Shown here: positions 62,537 through 64,000 of the stretch, in pieces
Numbering within the stretch: the first letter of the stretch is position 1
Layout of the letters: each line of letters starts with the position of its first letter
NCBI GenBank assembly: GCA_002633005.1
Contig: NMRA01000039.1
Span: 1,158,335 to 1,222,334, forward strand
DNA from: Phoronis australis
Lineage: Eukaryota > Animalia > Phoronida
Direction: 5' to 3'
DNA: 64,000 bases
Translations under genes and position numbers: made by a program
The notes under the pieces: model-generated
What the model was told of the DNA's origin: nothing
What the model saw: the letters and a program-made list of their open reading frames with translations, nothing else
The model's database searches: none

Positions 62537-64000
62537 ATTTATCAACAAATGACATTTTTAGCTGTTTTGGACTTTTTTAAATTGTAGACAATGGAAACAG
62601 CCGCTCGTTTTTCTTAATAAATGTCAGTTGGAAGCCCGTCCAAATATAATAACAGAATCCCTATATACGTATGTTTTAACAAGTCAAAATAAAAAGTAGT
62701 GCAGGAAGTCTGGTACACATTGCATCAGAACGTGCGCAGTCCGTTCAGTCGGGTCCATTACACAAAACACATGAAACTGTGTTAATAAATTTATTTATAT
62801 AAACAAATACACATTATACACAAATTTAGTCCAAGATAAGGACCTAAACACCTAGCAGTGGGTCCAAGGCTAGGAAGTATTATTTTGTCAACATTACTCA
62901 CCAGTTGCAAGGAAGTTTATGAAATGTTTCGTAAGTAGAGCGGTCAGAGTTTTGAACAACCGAATCCTGTTATCGATTAGGTGCACAGTTGTTCCCTTGT
63001 CTGTGTGGTACTTAGGTAACCCCGGCCACTGTGGGATAACGAAGAAGTTTCCCCCAAAACCCTCGCAAAAGTTACGCTTTCAAAAATCGTTTGGTGAAAT
63101 GGATAAATGATTATGTTAAAGAGACACTATAGCACCATAGATTTCACGACCGACAAACGCAGTTTTGATCTTATCGTTGGATGAGACAGACTTGTCGAAG
63201 TTAATAGTTGTGACCAGAGCTTTAAAACAAAAAGATCTGTTGTATTTTTGTGATTTTAGTAGAAATCGGAAATTCTCGCTGTTGTCTGGCAGACATTCGC
63301 TGAAATTAGGGCCTGTCAGTGACTTCACCAGTTATAAATACCCATGAGGTGCCCTGTGCCATTTATCGAATGAGATTTAACATCTTCAGCAGAGCGTTTG
63401 ATTGCAATCACTGTAGCAGGTTCTAATTCGCGCTGAGGCTAATTTCAGAAACCCATTTTCTCCCCGATTATTTGATATTCCTGCTGAAGGAAACGTCGCC
63501 AGCATAGTAGTTCTTCAAAAGACGACAATGTTATACGAGATTGTTAATTTCATTCTTCCGCCACTCGCCTCTGTTCAAAATTGGGCCGCATATCCCCCTA
63601 CATCAGTTTCTTTGTAGAACTTGGGCCATATCCTGTTGCGTACAGGGCCCCAGTGAGTAAATCAGATGCTGTCTAGTGCCTAAATGTAGTCTCAAGCTTG
63701 CATTGATAAACCAGCGCTATGCAAAGTCCGATAAATAAAAACTTCTAACAACAAATTGTCACCCGCCCGTATGTCTCTATTTGCTGATCATCTATTTGTT
63801 TCCAACGAACGAACGCGTGTGCGTGTCAAGCGGTGATCGTTAATATTTACTCTTATCCAACCGGAAAAAGCTTCCTAATGATTTTATGATCTGTTTGGGC
63901 TATATATATCGAATCTAACTCTCACCATGTGAAGGTCCTCTGCAACGATGATGATAGTGAAAATTGGTACCTGTAAACGTAACCGAAAGTAAGTCGGCGG

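Overview
This is eukaryotic invertebrate genomic DNA, probably a protostome or lophotrochozoan (inferred from the protein), not prokaryotic. Most of the window is one + strand multi-exon gene for the voltage-gated calcium channel beta subunit (Cav-beta/CACNB, SH3-HOOK-guanylate kinase MAGUK-like). Ten core coding exons (31921-51182) join in frame through canonical GT-AG sites into 1788 nt (595 aa plus stop). The 5' ~30 kb holds several candidate alternative N-terminal exons; the best are 10933/10942-11178, 4645-4674 and 18257-18340. There is also a candidate 50-aa cassette exon in the HOOK linker (41868-42017) and a probable ~3.5 kb 3'UTR. Introns and flanks carry minisatellites, several MITE families, a TTAA-flanked piggyBac-like element, a tRNA-derived SINE, many CTCF-like motifs and a decayed THAP domain. 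Two duplications flanking N bases are probably assembly artefacts. I found no evidence of a wholly new system; the most novel items are the inferred splicing architecture and a self-complementary intronic array. All splice calls are from sequence only, with no transcript evidence.
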